Source: Candidatus Rokuibacteriota bacterium (GTDB lineage: Bacteria; Methylomirabilota; Methylomirabilia; Rokubacteriales; CSP1-6). Taken from it: DNA of 64,000 bases. Shown one piece after another: positions 33,669-43,775 of this stretch. Location of the stretch: NCBI GenBank assembly GCA_030647435.1, contig JAUSJX010000078.1, positions 40,878 to 104,877 on the forward strand, read 5' to 3'. The notes under the pieces were generated by a model that was not told the origin of the DNA, searched no databases, and was given only the letters and a program-made list of their open reading frames with translations. Position 1 is the first letter of the stretch. The number at the start of each line of letters is the position of its first letter. A program made the translations under genes and the position numbers.

Positions 33669-34649
33669 CTAGAAGGCCAGGGTCTCGCGGGCGGCGGCAA
33701 GGACGCGCGCGACGTCAGGCACGTTCGCCTTCTCGCGCGCGAAGCCTGGGAAGGGCACGTCGTAGGCCGCGACCCGGCGGATGGGCGCCTCAAGCGAGAG
33801 GAAGGCGCCCTCCATGATGCTGGCCGCGATCTCGGCGCCGGGGCCGAAGCTCCGCGGCGCCTCGTGGACGATGACGGCGCGCCCGGTTTTGGCGACGGAG
33901 GCCGTCAGCGTCTCGCGGTCGAGCGGCGAGATGGTCAGCAGGTCGATGACCTCGGGCGCCACGCCGTCCTCCGCCTGGAGCGTTTCCGCCGCCTCGAGCG
34001 CCACCCGCAGCATCGCGCCGTAGGCGATCAGGGTCAGCCCCCGCCCCTCGCGGACGACCTGCGCCCTGCCGATGGGCATGGCCTCGCTCTCGTCGGGCAC
34101 TTCCTCCTTGGACGCGTGGTACAGCGCCTTGTGCTCGAAGAAGACGACGGGGTCGGGGTCGCGGATCGCGGCGACGAGCAGCGCGCGCGCCGTGCGCGGC
34201 CCCGACGGGATGACCATCTTGAGCCCGGGGATGTGGGCGTAGAACTGCTCCTCGCTCTCGGAGTGGTGCTCGAGCGCGCGGACGCCGCCGCCGAACGGCA
34301 TGCGGATCACCATCTGGCAGTGGAAGCGCCCCTGGCTGCGCTGGCGGTAGCGCGCGGCGTGGTTCTCGATCTGGTGAAAGCACTGGAAGGCGAAGCCGGA
34401 GAACTGGATCTCGCAGACGGGCTTGAGCCCGTAGAGCGCCATGCCGACCGAGCAGCCGATGATGGCCGCCTCGGCGAGCGGGCTGTCGATGACGCGGGTG
34501 CCGCCGAAGCGCCGGTGCAGGTCCTCCGTCACGCGGAAGACGCCGCCATCCACGCCCACGTCCTCGCCGATGATGAGCACGTCCGGGTCCCCCTCCATCT
34601 CCTCGAGGAGGGCCAGGTTCAGCGCCTTGACCATGTTCAGCTTTGCCAT
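33669..34649 (-). CDS. 2-oxoacid dehydrogenase E1 component beta subunit
   Basis: Transketolase-like Pyr and C-terminal domains, typical of E1beta. Confidence 0.9.
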   Translation of the reverse strand: MAKLNMVKALNLALLEEMEGDPDVLIIGEDVGVDGGVFRVTEDLHRRFGGTRVIDSPLAEAAIIGCSVGMALYGLKPVCEIQFSGFAFQCFHQIENHAARYRQRSQGRFHCQMVIRMPFGGGVRALEHHSESEEQFYAHIPGLKMVIPSGPRTARALLVAAIRDPDPVVFFEHKALYHASKEEVPDESEAMPIGRAQVVREGRGLTLIAYGAMLRVALEAAETLQAEDGVAPEVIDLLTISPLDRETLTASVAKTGRAVIVHEAPRSFGPGAEIAASIMEGAFLSLEAPIRRVAAYDVPFPGFAREKANVPDVARVLAAARETLAF

Positions 34650-34660
34650 GCGGCGCGCCG

Positions 34661-35080
34661 TCAGTCCCTCACGATGTGCATGATGGCGCCGGTCACCGCG
34701 GCAGGCAGCACGGTCAGCGCGAGGATGCGCAGGAGGGATGGCCCGAGCGCCTCGATCCGGTCGAGATCCGAGTGACCGGCGGCCAATCCGGCGCGGACGA
34801 TCCAGAGAAAGACGTCCACGAGGGCGACCGCCGGAGCCATGAACCAGCCGCGGCGCGGGACGCAGAAGCCCACGACGGCGGCGCCGAGCCCTATCAGCAC
34901 GGGGCGGCCCAGGTCATTCACCGCGCGCTCGACGCCCGAGCCCTGGTACTGCAGGCCCGGCACGTGCGCGAGGGCGAAATCCACGGCGAACGGCGCGACC
35001 CAGGCCAGGGCGCCCAGGCACACGGCGAAGAAAAAGAGCTCCCGGCGGCTGAACGGGTGCTCCGGCTTGATGACGATCAA
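34661..35080 (-). CDS. Hypothetical integral membrane protein (about 140 aa, 4 predicted TM) embedded between E1alpha and E1beta
   Basis: The TTG start overlaps the E1alpha TGA stop (TTGA). Hydrophobic segments are present. No family was recognised. Confidence 0.45.
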   Translation of the reverse strand: MIVIKPEHPFSRRELFFFAVCLGALAWVAPFAVDFALAHVPGLQYQGSGVERAVNDLGRPVLIGLGAAVVGFCVPRRGWFMAPAVALVDVFLWIVRAGLAAGHSDLDRIEALGPSLLRILALTVLPAAVTGAIMHIVRD

Positions 35081-36225
35081 TTCTGCCAACGGCTCGTCCT
35101 CCGCTGGCCCCGCATCGGGGGCGAGACGGGCTCGGAGCCGGCGGGCGCGGTGGCGTCCGCCGCGGCTTCCAGGCGCCCCGCCAGCTCCGCGCGCTCGGCC
35201 GCCACGTCCGGCGGCAGCTCCGCGTACGCGTGGTCGAACATGCCGAGCGGGTCGGCGGCCGGCACCGCCTCGAAGCGCTCGACGGCGCGGGCGATCTCCT
35301 CGTCCACCTGCTCGTCCACCGAAGGGTCGATCAATCCCTTCTTCTCGAGGTAGGCGCGGAAGCGCGTCAGCGGGTCCTTCTGCTCCCAGGCCTTGACCTC
35401 TTCGTCCGAGCGGTACTTGGTCGGGTCGTCCGCCGTCGTATGCACGCCGAGACGATACGTGACGCACTCGATGAGCGTCGGCCCCTCCCCCGCCCGCGCC
35501 TTGTCGACGGCGTCCCGGCTCGCCGCGTAGACTGCCAGCACGTCGTTGCCGTCCACCTGGATGCCGGGGAAGCCGTAGGCCAACGCCTTCTGGGCGATCG
35601 TGCGCGAGTTGGTCTGCTTCTTGAGCGGCACGGAGATGGCCCACTGGTTGTTCTGGCAGACGAAGACCACGGGCACGTGCCAGACGCCGGCGAAGTTACA
35701 CGCCTCGTGGAAGTCGCCTTCGGAGGTCGCGCCGTCGCCGAAGTAGACCATGACCACCGCGTCCTCGCCCCGGTACTGGATGCCGTACGCGATGCCCACC
35801 GCGTGAGGCAGCTGGGTCGCCACGGGAATGGTGATGGGCAGGTCGCGCTGCTCGGGGCCCGGCTGGCTGCCCTCGAGCCGGCCGGCGAAGAGCGCCAGGA
35901 TCTTCTCGATGGGCCAGCCGCGCCAGAGCATGGACGCCGTCTCGCGGAAGGAGGGCACCATCCAGTCGGTGGGCCTGAGCGTGAAGACACTGCCCATCTG
36001 CGAGGCTTCCTGCCCCTTGATCGGCGCGAAGGTGCCGATCCTGCCCTGGCGCTGGAGCTTGAGCATCCGCTCGTCGAGGCGCCGGCCCAGCACCATGGCG
36101 CGGTAGAGCCGCTTGAGGTCATCGGGGGAGAGCTTGGGCTCGAGCTTGGCGTCGAGCGTGCCGTCGCTGTCCAGGATGGACAGGCGCTCGGTGGGGAATT
36201 GCGGCTCGATCTGGGTCCTGGGCAT
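35077..36225 (-). CDS. 2-oxoacid dehydrogenase E1 component alpha subunit (ThDP-dependent)
   Basis: ThDP motif GDGATSEGDFHEACNFAGVWHVPVVFVCQNNQWAIS. Confidence 0.9.
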   Translation of the reverse strand: MPRTQIEPQFPTERLSILDSDGTLDAKLEPKLSPDDLKRLYRAMVLGRRLDERMLKLQRQGRIGTFAPIKGQEASQMGSVFTLRPTDWMVPSFRETASMLWRGWPIEKILALFAGRLEGSQPGPEQRDLPITIPVATQLPHAVGIAYGIQYRGEDAVVMVYFGDGATSEGDFHEACNFAGVWHVPVVFVCQNNQWAISVPLKKQTNSRTIAQKALAYGFPGIQVDGNDVLAVYAASRDAVDKARAGEGPTLIECVTYRLGVHTTADDPTKYRSDEEVKAWEQKDPLTRFRAYLEKKGLIDPSVDEQVDEEIARAVERFEAVPAADPLGMFDHAYAELPPDVAAERAELAGRLEAAADATAPAGSEPVSPPMRGQRRTSRWQN

Positions 36226-36324
36226 GAAGTCCTCGTTCGCCCGCTATGGTACCGCGAACCGGTCGGCGTGGACAGGGCGCGATATACGGCGGCCGCTCCG
36301 CCGCCTGTGAGAGGATGAAGGCCT

Positions 36325-37680
36325 ATGCCATTCTCATCTTTCGGGCTTCACTCCGATCTCCTCCGCGGCGTCAAGGAGATGGGCTTCACCCGCCCCACCC
36401 CGATCCAGCAGGACGCGATTCCCCCGGCGATGGAAGGCCGCGACGTGCTCGCCTGCGCCATGACGGGCAGCGGCAAGACGGCGGCGTTCGTCCTGCCGAT
36501 CCTCCACCGCCTCATGCCCAAGCGCCGCGGGGTCACCCGCGCGCTGATCATCACGCCGACACGCGAGCTGGCGGCCCAGATCGACGAGCACCTGAGCCAG
36601 ATGGCCGTGCACACGCCGATGTCGGGCGCGGCCGTCTTCGGCGGCGTCGGCATGGGGCCGCAGGAGCACGCCTTCAGGACGGGCGTGGACGTCATCGTCG
36701 CCACGCCGGGACGGCTCCTCGACCACTTCCGCTTCCCCTACGCGAAACTCGAAGGCCTCGAGATCCTGGTCCTCGACGAGGCCGACCGGATGCTCGACAT
36801 GGGCTTCCTGCCCGACATCCGCCGCGTCCTCAAGCACCTGCCGCCCCGGCGGCAGACGCTCTTCTTCTCGGCGACGATGCCGGCGCCCATCATGACGCTG
36901 ACGCGTGAGCTGCTGCGCAACCCGGCCACGATCAACCTCGAGCGCAAGTCCGCGCCCGCCGTCGGCATCACCCAGGCCGTGTACCCGGTCGCCCAGGACG
37001 GCAAGTCCTCCCTGCTGCTCGAGCTGATCAAGCGCGGCGAGATGAAGAGCGCGCTGGTCTTCACGCGCACCAAGCACCGCGCTAACCGGCTGGCCGACTT
37101 CCTCTCGCGCCACAGCGTCGCCTGCGAGCGCATCCACGGCAACCGGAGCCAGGCGCAGAGGACAGCGGCGCTCGCGGGCTTCAAGAGCGGCCGGTTCCGG
37201 ATCCTCGTCGCCACCGATATCGCCGCGCGCGGCATCGACGTGGAGGCGCTCAGCCACGTGATCAACTTCGACGTGCCGAAAGTGCCGGACGACTATATTC
37301 ACCGCGTCGGCCGCACGGCGCGCGCGGAGCTGACGGGTGACGCCTTCACCTTCGTCTCGCCGGAGGAGGAGAGGGATCTCTCCGCCATCGAGCGCGCCGT
37401 CGGCAAGCGCCTGCCGCGGGTGATCCTGCCCGACTTCGAGTACAGCCGGCGCGGGTCGGAGAAGCTCGAGATCCCGCTGGCGGAGCGCATCGCGGCCATC
37501 CGCGGGCGCAAGGCCGAGGACCGCGCCCGCGCCAAGACCAACGCCCAGCGGCGCGGCCAGCACCAGGCATCGCAGGGCCCGCGCTCCGGCGCTACACCCA
37601 CCCCGGCTTCCCAACCTAGACGGCCGGCACAGTCTTGGCCCGGCAAGCCGTCGGGCCCGCGCGGCCACGGCATTCGATAG
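36325..37680 (+). CDS. DEAD-box ATP-dependent RNA helicase (RhlE-like)
   Basis: Q-motif, Walker A AMTGSGKT, DEAD (VLDEAD), SAT, HRVGRTAR. Confidence 0.9.
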   Translation: MPFSSFGLHSDLLRGVKEMGFTRPTPIQQDAIPPAMEGRDVLACAMTGSGKTAAFVLPILHRLMPKRRGVTRALIITPTRELAAQIDEHLSQMAVHTPMSGAAVFGGVGMGPQEHAFRTGVDVIVATPGRLLDHFRFPYAKLEGLEILVLDEADRMLDMGFLPDIRRVLKHLPPRRQTLFFSATMPAPIMTLTRELLRNPATINLERKSAPAVGITQAVYPVAQDGKSSLLLELIKRGEMKSALVFTRTKHRANRLADFLSRHSVACERIHGNRSQAQRTAALAGFKSGRFRILVATDIAARGIDVEALSHVINFDVPKVPDDYIHRVGRTARAELTGDAFTFVSPEEERDLSAIERAVGKRLPRVILPDFEYSRRGSEKLEIPLAERIAAIRGRKAEDRARAKTNAQRRGQHQASQGPRSGATPTPASQPRRPAQSWPGKPSGPRGHGIR

Positions 37681-37780
37681 CGCGGCATTGACGGGCGCCG
37701 GTCGCTCCCGATTCCCCGCTACGAAACAATACGCCGGCGCCGCTCTTCAGGGCTGTCAGGGCCTTCCGGTCAACTCAGGC

Positions 37781-38368
37781 TCAGGCGAAGAGGTCGCGGA
37801 CCTGGATTCTGGCATGAGGCGCCGCGAGAGGACTGACCTGACGCGAGGGGTCGAGGACCTCACGCCTCGCGTAGCGCGCGCCGAAGGGCGCAGCAGCATC
37901 GGGCGCCGGCTCGCGGTACACCTCGAGGACGCGATCGACGAGGTTGACGATCCAGTAGTCCGGGATACCGGCTCTGGCATAGACGCTGCCCTTGTGGTCG
38001 CGATCGAACACAAGGCTCGATTCGGACACCTCGACGACCAGGGCGGCGCGAGAGGGATGGGAGCTCCTGTAGTCCTCTGGCTCGCCGGGGACCACGGCTA
38101 CGTCGGGCTCGGGCTCTGACTCCTCGTCAAGCCCCATCGGTCCCTGCGTACGGACGTTCCACGACGGGCCGAAGGCCCTTTCGAGGACCCGCGCTGTTTT
38201 CTGGATGGACGTGTAGTGTGGGGCGCCCTGCGGCTCGGCGACCAGGAGCTCGCCACCGATCAGCTCAATGGGGTCGCCGGGCTGGAAGACGCCCAAGTCG
38301 ATGAGCCGCTCGTATTCGATCCGGCTCCAGCGGCGCGTCTTTCTCTTGTGGATCGCCATTACCGGCAT
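37781..38368 (-). CDS. Uma2-family (DUF820) putative restriction-endonuclease-like protein
   Basis: RWSRIEYERLIDLG N-motif and a PD-(D/E)xK-like core (EPEPDVAV...EVSESS...DYW). Confidence 0.7.
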   Translation of the reverse strand: MPVMAIHKRKTRRWSRIEYERLIDLGVFQPGDPIELIGGELLVAEPQGAPHYTSIQKTARVLERAFGPSWNVRTQGPMGLDEESEPEPDVAVVPGEPEDYRSSHPSRAALVVEVSESSLVFDRDHKGSVYARAGIPDYWIVNLVDRVLEVYREPAPDAAAPFGARYARREVLDPSRQVSPLAAPHARIQVRDLFA

Positions 38369-38489
38369 CGTACCGGCGGCCAGCGAGCGCGTCAATGTCT
38401 CCGGATAGTGACACCGTCAGACGACGGGCGGCCTCGCGAGAGCGCCCGCCTCGCGCCAGTGGCGGCGGACGCCGTTCTGGAGCCGCGCC

Positions 38490-39170
38490 TCAGGCAGGGC
38501 TGAGACGCTGCTCCACGTGCCGCGCGTAGCGAGACATGGAGTAGGTGCAGATCCAGTACACGACCGCGATGAAGAGGTAGAGGGCGAAGGGGCGCACCTC
38601 GCGGTTGTTCACGACCTGGGCGGCCTTGGTCAGGTCCATGAAGCCGATGATCGAGGCGAGCGAGGTGTCCTTGAAGAGCACGATGAATTGCGTCACCAGC
38701 GACGGGATCATGTTCTTGAGCGCCTGTGGCAGGACGACGTGGCGCATCGTCTGCGCGCCCGTCAGGCCGACGGCGGTCGCCGCCTCCACCTGCCCCCGCG
38801 CCACCGACTGAACGCCCGCGCGTACGATCTCGCCGAGGTAGGCCGCCTCAAAGATGACGAAGGCGCTCAGCGCCACCCAGAACTCGGGGATGGGACGTCG
38901 CAGCACGATGGGCACGACGATCCACAACCAGAAGATGACCATGACGAGCGGGACTCCCCGGAAAAACTCGACGTAGAGCGTGGCGGGGATGCGGATCCAC
39001 CGCTGGGGCGCAAGCCGGCCGAGGCCGATGAAGATGCCGAGGAGGAAGCCCAGGACGATGGCGGGGATGGCGAGCCGCAGCGTGCCGCCGACGAAATTCC
39101 CGAAACCCAGGAAGCCCTGGACCATCAGGAACGGAAGGTTGCGCCAGATGATCTCGACGTCGGAGGTCAC
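38490..39170 (-). CDS. Amino-acid ABC transporter permease (polar amino acid / His-Glu-Gln-Arg-opine family)
   Basis: The GTG start overlaps the upstream TGA. An EAA-like loop (EAATAVGLTGAQTMRHVVLPQA) is present. Confidence 0.8.
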   Translation of the reverse strand: MTSDVEIIWRNLPFLMVQGFLGFGNFVGGTLRLAIPAIVLGFLLGIFIGLGRLAPQRWIRIPATLYVEFFRGVPLVMVIFWLWIVVPIVLRRPIPEFWVALSAFVIFEAAYLGEIVRAGVQSVARGQVEAATAVGLTGAQTMRHVVLPQALKNMIPSLVTQFIVLFKDTSLASIIGFMDLTKAAQVVNNREVRPFALYLFIAVVYWICTYSMSRYARHVEQRLSPA

Positions 39171-39892
39171 CGCCGCCTCCTGCCGCCGGCCGTGATGAGG
39201 CCGGGGATCGCGGTCCTCCGCTCGACCCAGGCCATCAGCGACGCGATCCCAACGCAGAGGACCAGGTAGATGAGTGTTCCCGCCGTCAGCGCCTCGATAG
39301 CCTTGGCGGTGTAGGTCTCGATCTGGCGCGTCTGGAAGGTCAGCTCGGCCACGCTGATCGTGAGCGCGATCGAGGAGTTCTTGAGCAGGTTGAGCGACTC
39401 GCTGGTCCCCGGCGGGATGATGATCCGGAGCGCCACCGGCAGGATGACGTAGCGGTAAGACTGGAAGGTCGTCAGCCCCGAGGCGACGGCCGCCTCCATC
39501 TGCGTCTTGGGGATGGACTGGATGCCCGAGCGCAGCACCTCGGAGAAGCGCGCGCCGCTGTAGACGCCGAGGGCGAGCACGCCCGCCCAGAACTCGAGCC
39601 CGTGCCCCAACATCCACTCGCGGATCATCTCGGGCAGGATCGGAGGCACGCCGAAGTACCAGAAGAACATCCAGACCAGGAGCGGCACGTTGCGGAAGAA
39701 CTCGACGTAGAAGGTCGCCAGCGCCCGGAGCGGCCGGAGCTTCACGGTCCGAAGCGCCCCCGACACGATGCCCAGCGCCACCGCCAGCAGCCACGCCAGC
39801 ACCGACAGCTCGAGCGTGACGATGAGCCCGCTCAGCAGCCACTGCCCGGACTCGCCGGTCCACAGCACCGACCACTTGAACGTGTAGTTCAC
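39167..39892 (-). CDS. Amino-acid ABC transporter permease (PAAT family)
   Basis: EAA-like loop MEAAVASGLTTFQSYRYVILPVA and 5 TM helices. Confidence 0.8.
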   Translation of the reverse strand: MNYTFKWSVLWTGESGQWLLSGLIVTLELSVLAWLLAVALGIVSGALRTVKLRPLRALATFYVEFFRNVPLLVWMFFWYFGVPPILPEMIREWMLGHGLEFWAGVLALGVYSGARFSEVLRSGIQSIPKTQMEAAVASGLTTFQSYRYVILPVALRIIIPPGTSESLNLLKNSSIALTISVAELTFQTRQIETYTAKAIEALTAGTLIYLVLCVGIASLMAWVERRTAIPGLITAGGRRRR

Positions 39893-39900
39893 TGCTCGGC

Positions 39901-40017
39901 CCCCTCACCCTCCCCTCTCCCCGAGGGGGACAGGGAAATCGGTTCCCTCTCCCTTCCAGGGCGAGAGGGCATTCGGTCCCCTCTCCCTTCCAGGGAGAGG
40001 GCAGGGTGAGGGTGGGT
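39901..40017. repeat. REP-like composite palindromic repeat: two tandem CCCTCTCCCTTCCAGGGAGAGGG hairpins flanked by CCCTCACCC/GGGTGAGGG
   Basis: Read directly from the sequence. Confidence 0.6.
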
Positions 40018-40028
40018 GAACGCGCCGC

Positions 40029-40211
40029 TCACTGGATCAGCTCGTCCGCCCGCCCCAGCAGCGACTGCGGGATCGTCAGGCCGAGGGCTTTGGCGGCCTT
40101 GAGGTTCATGACCAGCTCGAACTTGGTGGGTTGCTCGACTTCCTTCTCCACGAAGACGCGCACGTTCTTCCGTAGCATCCCGTGCTCTTCGGTAAAGAAG
40201 CGCTGGCTCAT
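40029..40211 (-). pseudogene. Remnant of the C-terminal about 40 codons of a PF04392-type ABC substrate-binding protein (..[35 protein letters not shown])
   Basis: The conserved C-terminal signature of this SBP family is present, but no upstream body exists. The nucleotide sequence is about 90% identical to 41000-41110. Confidence 0.6.
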
Positions 40212-40783
40212 GCTTCCTTACTCGGGGGTGCCTGCTTTTGCAGCGACTCCCAGATCGTGCCGAGGCCCAACCGGGCGGCCCAGTCGCCAATGTATGTCCT
40301 GTCGACGCCGGCGCCCGATATCCGGAGCATCCCCAGGATGTCACGCAGGTGGCGCTCGGATCCCCCGTCGCTGAAGTAGAGCATCTTGTAGAGGATGATG
40401 TCCTCCGGCATCGCGAGGTAAGCGTCGAGGTCGGGCGCGATCGTCTTGCGCTGACGCCGCTCGAACTGCGCGCGATCGTAGGGGGCGTCCTTCTTCAGCA
40501 TGAGGTCGATTTTGAGGCCGGCGGCGGGGTGAATGATGTTGAACTGGCCTTGGGTTCTGATCGCCTCGCGCACCGCCTCCTCGCTGATGTAGAACTGATC
40601 GGCAGGGAAGCGTGCCAACAGTCCCGGCACATGGCTCAGGTTAATATCTGCCACGACGCCAATGTCCTGGGTGAAGCGCGGCTCGCCGTAGTAGATCGAT
40701 GCTTGGGATCCGGCGATCATGTACGCGATCCCCAGGGCATCCATGGTCTCCACGAGGTGACGGAGGAGCTCAGTCTGATCCAC
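40208..40783 (-). CDS. Nucleotidyltransferase-fold protein (minimal pol-beta-like NTase; possible TA or abortive-infection-type module component)
   Basis: [23 protein letters not shown] resembles the NTase GS..(D/E)h(D/E)h core, but the second acidic residue is Gly. GTG start. Confidence 0.5.
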   Translation of the reverse strand: MDQTELLRHLVETMDALGIAYMIAGSQASIYYGEPRFTQDIGVVADINLSHVPGLLARFPADQFYISEEAVREAIRTQGQFNIIHPAAGLKIDLMLKKDAPYDRAQFERRQRKTIAPDLDAYLAMPEDIILYKMLYFSDGGSERHLRDILGMLRISGAGVDRTYIGDWAARLGLGTIWESLQKQAPPSKEA

Positions 40784-40943
40784 TGAGAAGTCTCTTGGCC
40801 ACTTGCTGTCTCAACTCCGTGGCACCCCATTCTGGGTGCTCGGCGGCCAGAAAGGCCGTGAGGCGTTCTCTGGCCTGCGTCCACGCCTCGTGCGCAATTC
40901 GCAGCCGATCCATCCCAGACTTTGCCTCGAAGACCCTGGCCAT
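40770..40943 (-). CDS. Small (57 aa) helical protein encoded immediately upstream of, and overlapping, the NTase gene; putative cognate partner
   Basis: 14-nt overlap with the NTase start. No family was recognised. Confidence 0.4.
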   Translation of the reverse strand: MARVFEAKSGMDRLRIAHEAWTQARERLTAFLAAEHPEWGATELRQQVAKRLLSGSD

Positions 40944-40993
40944 GTCGGGATCCACTGCGTCGAGACGAGGCGGAACTGGTCGCGGCTGGCCCA

Positions 40994-41980
40994 TCACTGG
41001 ATGACCTCGTCCGCCCGCCCCAGCACCGACTGCGGGATCGTCAGGCCGAGGGCCTTGGCGGTCTTGAGGTTGATCAGCAGCTCGAACTTCGTCGGCTGCT
41101 CGACGGGGAGGTCGGCGGGCTTGGCGCCCTTGAGAATCTTGTCCACGTAGGTAGCGGCGCGCCGCCACGCATCAGCATTGTTCGGTCCATAGGACATGAG
41201 GCCCCCGGCATCGACATACTCCCTCCATGGGTACACTGCCGGCAGCCGGTTCTTGGCCGCCAGGTCCACGAGGCGTCTTCGCTCACTGGAGAACATGCCG
41301 CTTGGCAACACAGTCAGAGCACCCACGCGCCCTGGTCATGTCCGAGAAGGCCCTGTCGAAATCGGCGGGACCTCGCGCCTCAACGAATTGAGGCCGCACC
41401 CCCAGCGCCCGCGCCGCGACGTCTGCTTCCTTCAGCATGTCCTTGACCGTGCGTTCGCCGGCGGCACCTGGCTGCCAGAGGACAGCGACGCGACTGACCC
41501 CCGGAACGGCCTGCTTGAGCAGTTCCAGCCACTTGCCGACTAGCTCCGGGGAGAGGATCGACAACCCCGTGAGATTGCCGCCCGGCCGCGCAAGGCTGGT
41601 GACGAGCGCGCTCGTCACCGGCCAGCACCAATGAAGACAATGGGAATGGTCCTGGTCGCTTGCTTGGCGACCAGCGCGTGGGGTGTGCCTGGGGCCACGA
41701 TGACATCAACCTTAAGCGCAACCAGTTCGACCGCAAGAGCGGGGAGCCGCTCGAACTTCCCCTCGGCATCTCGCCATTCAATCACGAGGTTGCGGCCCTC
41801 GACGTAACCGAGGTCACGCAGTCCTTGGAGGAAGGCCTCGGGCACGTGGGGGGCAGCGGCCCGGTTGAGCGCCAGGATGCCTATTCGAGCGATCTTGGCC
41901 GCCTGCTGCGCCTCGGCGGCGAACGGCGCGGCGACGACGCCGCCAGCCAGAGTGCCGAGGAACTCCCGCCGATCCATCAC
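40994..41980 (-). pseudogene. PF04392-type ABC substrate-binding protein gene disrupted by at least 2 frameshifts (N-terminal Tat-signal part 41615-41980, middle 41283-41618, C-terminal 40994-41326)
   Basis: Three consecutive ORFs in different frames together reconstruct the full family architecture (MMDRREFLG...ARPGGNLTGLS...[54 protein letters not shown]). Confidence 0.7.
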
Positions 41981-42109
41981 TGGATTACCCCGTCGGCGCG
42001 CAGCAGGTGGGACTGTGGGATCGTCAGGCCGAGCGCCTTGGCAGTGTCGAGATTGATGCTCAATCTCCTTCGATGCGGGCCAACGATCTCGAGAACAGGC
42101 GCCCTGACC

Positions 42110-43483
42110 TTAGCGTCTGAAGCCAGAGTGGTCAAGCGACGCTGGTCTCTGCGCCCGGGGGTGCAGGACGTCGATCGCCCAACCCAGATCGAGGCGCTCC
42201 CCGAGCCAGCCGGCGCACGCCGTGCGGGCGTCGAGGCGAAGGCCATTCGAGTCGTGACAAGCGCGGAGAGCCTCGACGGGATCATCGGGCACCGCGGCAG
42301 GCGGCGGCACGTCAGGCAGCGGGCGGCCGTCCGGCCGCCGGAACCGGAGGGCCCCGTCAGGGCCGCGCTCGACCTGGTACCCCTCCTCGTGCACCGCCCG
42401 GTGATGCCTGCGGCAGAGGAGCGCAAGGTTCGAAAGCGTCGTCGGCCCGCCGTGCGCCCAGTGGCGGAGATGATGCCCCTGGCCATTGCTCACGCCGCAA
42501 CCGGGGAACCGGCAGCCCAGGTCCCGATGGTGGAGCGCTCGCCGTAAGGCCGGGGGAATCGTCCGGGTCCGGGCCCCGATCTCCAGCAGGCGCCCGGCGT
42601 CGTCGTGGCGCATCACCACCCGGCTCGCGTCGCACGCCAGGCGCCGGGACGTTTCCGCGGAAACGCGCGCGCCGTCCTCGAGGACGGATTGGCCCGGCTG
42701 ATCCGGATCGGCCAGCGCCTCGGCATCGACGTGGACCACCACCTGGTAGCGCTCGCCCGGGGCGCCGGGATCGAGCCCATGGTGCAGGGCCGTTTCCGCG
42801 AGCAGGGTCAGGGCATCGGCCTGCCGCTGGGCCATCGAGGGCGTTTCCGCGGAAACGCCCATGGGCTTGGCGTCGCCGTTCGGCACGCGGGCTCGCTGGT
42901 ACAGGGCCTCCCGCGCTGCCGCGAGCGCCTGGACGAGCAGCGCGCCAACCTCCGGCTCAAGCCGCCCCCGGAGGACCACCATGCCGTCCTCGTCCTGGTG
43001 CACGTGAAGCGCTCGGCTCGCGTGCCGCAGGGTGGTCTCCCGAGCCTCGGCCCGCCGATCCACCAGGCGCCAGCCGCGCACGATCCGCTCGACATGGGCG
43101 GCCGTGCCGGCGCGCCCCACGGCCAGGAGCCGCGCCTCGGTCTCCGGCGTGGCCACCCGGGTGAGCGCACGGACCTTGGCATACGAGAGCTCCCCGCGAC
43201 CCAGGGCTTCGGCGAGGAGCGGCAGGGTCTCGAGGGCGCGCGCGACACGGACCCGCTCACGGGCCGCGCCCAGATCGAGCCCCACCCGCCAGGAGAGCCA
43301 GGCGGCGCAGGAGCGGAAGCCCGTGTTCCACCCCCCGCGGGCGTCGAACTCCCGGATCATGGCGAGCAGGCGCGCGGTGGCGGCGTCGAGGTGCGCGGAC
43401 AGCTCGGCGATCTCGTCGCCGAGCCGGTCGAGCGCCGCAAAGGGATGCTGCGAGGCAGTCACAGGTGAGACGCGGCTCTGCAT
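42110..43483 (-). CDS. DUF222-domain HNH endonuclease (13E12-repeat-type), copy 1
   Basis: The N-terminal DUF222 region is followed by an HNH motif (HHRDLGCRFPGC...HHLRHW...LCRRHHRAVHE). ATG follows AGGAGGG. Confidence 0.85.
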   Translation of the reverse strand: MQSRVSPVTASQHPFAALDRLGDEIAELSAHLDAATARLLAMIREFDARGGWNTGFRSCAAWLSWRVGLDLGAARERVRVARALETLPLLAEALGRGELSYAKVRALTRVATPETEARLLAVGRAGTAAHVERIVRGWRLVDRRAEARETTLRHASRALHVHQDEDGMVVLRGRLEPEVGALLVQALAAAREALYQRARVPNGDAKPMGVSAETPSMAQRQADALTLLAETALHHGLDPGAPGERYQVVVHVDAEALADPDQPGQSVLEDGARVSAETSRRLACDASRVVMRHDDAGRLLEIGARTRTIPPALRRALHHRDLGCRFPGCGVSNGQGHHLRHWAHGGPTTLSNLALLCRRHHRAVHEEGYQVERGPDGALRFRRPDGRPLPDVPPPAAVPDDPVEALRACHDSNGLRLDARTACAGWLGERLDLGWAIDVLHPRAQRPASLDHSGFRR

Positions 43484-43775
43484 GGCGAGCCCTCCTGCGC
43501 CGACTCTACACCCCGGTTTCCGCGCCTCCGTCGAGCCCCCGGGGCGCGCGTTTCCGAGACGGGGAATGATTTTTGACTCGACCCCGCTCGAATGCGCGCC
43601 GGCCGACGAGTGTGGGCCGCTGGGCCGTCACCTTCAGAGCACTGCCGCCGAATGACCATGGCGCCCCGCGGAAGCTGTCAAGCGGAAAAACACGCGATGC
43701 CGACTCTCGGTGTATCCCTCCGCATACAGTGACGCTGCTCGGAGTTCTCGGCTAGCCTCGGCGTCACTCAGCGCC

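Noticed and set aside
36246-36908. 220-aa ORF overlapping the 5' half of the DEAD-box helicase gene in another frame
   Set aside because: Pro/Arg/Gly-rich low-complexity translation. The helicase frame carries all the canonical motifs.
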